64,000 bases of DNA. It comes from Lama guanicoe. Lineage: Eukaryota. The position numbers and the translations under genes are program-made. Shown here one piece after another: positions 62,229-64,000 of the stretch (position 1 is the first letter of the stretch; every line of letters starts with the position of its first letter). The notes under the pieces were generated by a model. The model was not told the origin of the DNA and made no database searches. It saw only the letters and a program-made list of their open reading frames with translations. The DNA is taken from the NCBI GenBank assembly GCA_013239625.1, contig MU054187.1:22199280-22263279 (forward strand), written 5' to 3'.

Positions 62229-63158
62229 GGTAAGTCAAATGAAAAGATGTCTGCCATAATGTTATGGTGACCTCTTGTGGTTCAAAACCAAAATGACCTT
62301 TTGAAAAATTAAGTGTTAAACTCCAAAGCAAATAGCTTGGAGTTTCAGTAACCGCTTTCAGTGTTCCCCCAAGTTATGGGCAGTGGCTGTCTCTTAGGAG
62401 TGTACTAGAGGGACATTCATCTCACCTATTTCTGTAATGGTTAAAACTCTTTGCAAAAAGGATGCATTGCTCTAGTGAGCAGAAAACAATAAAGACTGAA
62501 CAAGATGTAAGGGGAAAAAAAATCAACTTTCTCAGGTAGATGTTCACTCCTCTGCTAGACAGAATATAGAATTTTGACTAAAGTAAGTGAGGGCCCTTCA
62601 TCTTTTAAAATAAACAGAGTTTTGAACTTTTTACCTTTGCTTTATAGCTATTCTTACATAAATATTTTATCTAAATATTAGGAGTGGTGACCAGTTTCTG
62701 TACTTTTCTAATCGGATTAAAATTTTTGCCCTAGAACAGATTTTGTAATAAGAAACTACATAAGGTCGCCGAACAATAAGATGTTATGAAGGGAGACAAG
62801 TACTATATCTGGTCCAGGCTTAACATTCTATCATTTTAAAGAAACATTGGAACTTGTCTCTACATGTAAATATAAAATATGACAACTTGAAAGTTTTTTG
62901 CACACACACAAAATCCTCTCCCTTTTGAGCATGTCGACATTCAGGGCTAGTTCTAAGCAAAACTATGAAGATTTTGTGTTGTGCTGTACAAGTTTAACAA
63001 CTGGTTCTCAATCCAAAATATGTGTATGTGTTTATCATAAATTGTATTGATATAAAATTAAGAATAAAGAATGTATATCACTCAATTTACAAATAACAAT
63101 AAAATAATACTCTTGATTGTAAACTCCATATAGTCCGTTGATTTTCACAGTATGCTTT

Positions 63159-63753
63159 TGAGACAGGAGGGAAGGGGGCAGGGCACAGCCATTGAAGGAA
63201 TGACACAGCCACTGAGGACAGGACCAACTGGTTGGAACCAAGATGGCAGAAGATTCCACTTCCAGTAGACCTTGAGCCTCATGGTGCTCCCACAGGTACC
63301 ATGAGGGTTCCTAGGCTGACCATAAAAGGTCAAAAAGTGGGCAGGGCCCAATTCCTGGAAGTACCCACCCCTTTCCCAAAATAGTTGGAATAATCCTCCT
63401 ATTCATTAGCATATGAAATTACCAAGTCCATAAAAACGAACTACCCTGCACCTCGTGGTTGCTCTCTTTTGCCTTCTGAGATGGCCCTGAATTCTGTCTA
63501 TGGAGTGTTTATCTGCTTTTAGTTTAAACTAAACACCCCCACACCTCTCGGTCTCTCTCCTTCTCACCTTTCTGAGATGGCCCACGGTCTGCTTATGCAG
63601 TGTGCATCTTCTAAGCCATTCTACCTGCTGAGTGTGTTGGACCACACTCTGTCTGTGGAATGTGTATCTCCCTAAGTCAACTTGCTTTCGTTTTACCACG
63701 TCTTGCTCTTGAATTCTTTCCTGCACAAGGCAAGAACCTAATCTCCGGCAACA
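63159..63753 (+). mobile_element. ERV1-class solo LTR
   Basis: TGAGAC...CAACA termini with perfect TSD CTTT. Confidence 0.9.
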
Positions 63754-64000
63754 CTTTCACTCATCTGTATTCATTTCTAGTATCTGTAGTCAATCTACGG
63801 CTGCAGTTGACAAACAAGTGTAGTTCCAATACACTCACCATGATCCACTTTAAGCTACCATTGCAACATCATTCAACCCAGCGTTGAGAAGAGATGCATG
63901 ATAGTGCACTGTTACGTGAAGCATCTACTATATACATACAACAGACATAAAGAAACTCACGTGAATAAATAATAGTAAAATGATTAGGAAGCAAGGGGTT

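Noticed and set aside
55404..63753. Two same-family, same-orientation LTRs about 7.2 kb apart, suggesting a full provirus
   Set aside because: Each LTR has its own TSD (TTGG/TTAG and CTTT/CTTT), the copies differ substantially, and the interval contains MIR, L1 and MER5-like elements with no recognisable PBS or gag/pol/env.

Overview
This is mammalian, repeat-rich DNA, very probably from a camelid (alpaca/llama/camel): it carries seven copies of a tRNA-derived SINE resembling the camelid Vic-1 family plus Cetartiodactyla-type L1 3' ends. I find no intact protein-coding gene. The main feature is a complete three-exon, intron-containing PSKH2 (protein serine kinase H2) locus on the minus strand: exon 1 51652-51470, exon 2 47375-46716, exon 3 39894-39605. 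It is disabled by about six frameshifts, four in-frame stops and two in-frame deletions, one of which removes the glycine-rich loop, so it is most likely a unitary pseudogene. It still has all four GT/AG splice sites, a CpG-rich 5' end, a candidate poly(A) signal and the catalytic Asp (HKD) that human PSKH2 lacks (HRN). The rest of the window holds about 15 ERV/MaLR LTRs or LTR fragments (several with target-site duplications, TSDs), L1 fragments, MIRs, MER20/MER5-like DNA transposons, a perfect (GAA)29, a (TTTC)n tract and an 11/22-bp minisatellite. Repeat family names and the PSKH2 comparison are from memory, not database searches, and many repeat boundaries are approximate. I do not see evidence of a new multi-gene system.
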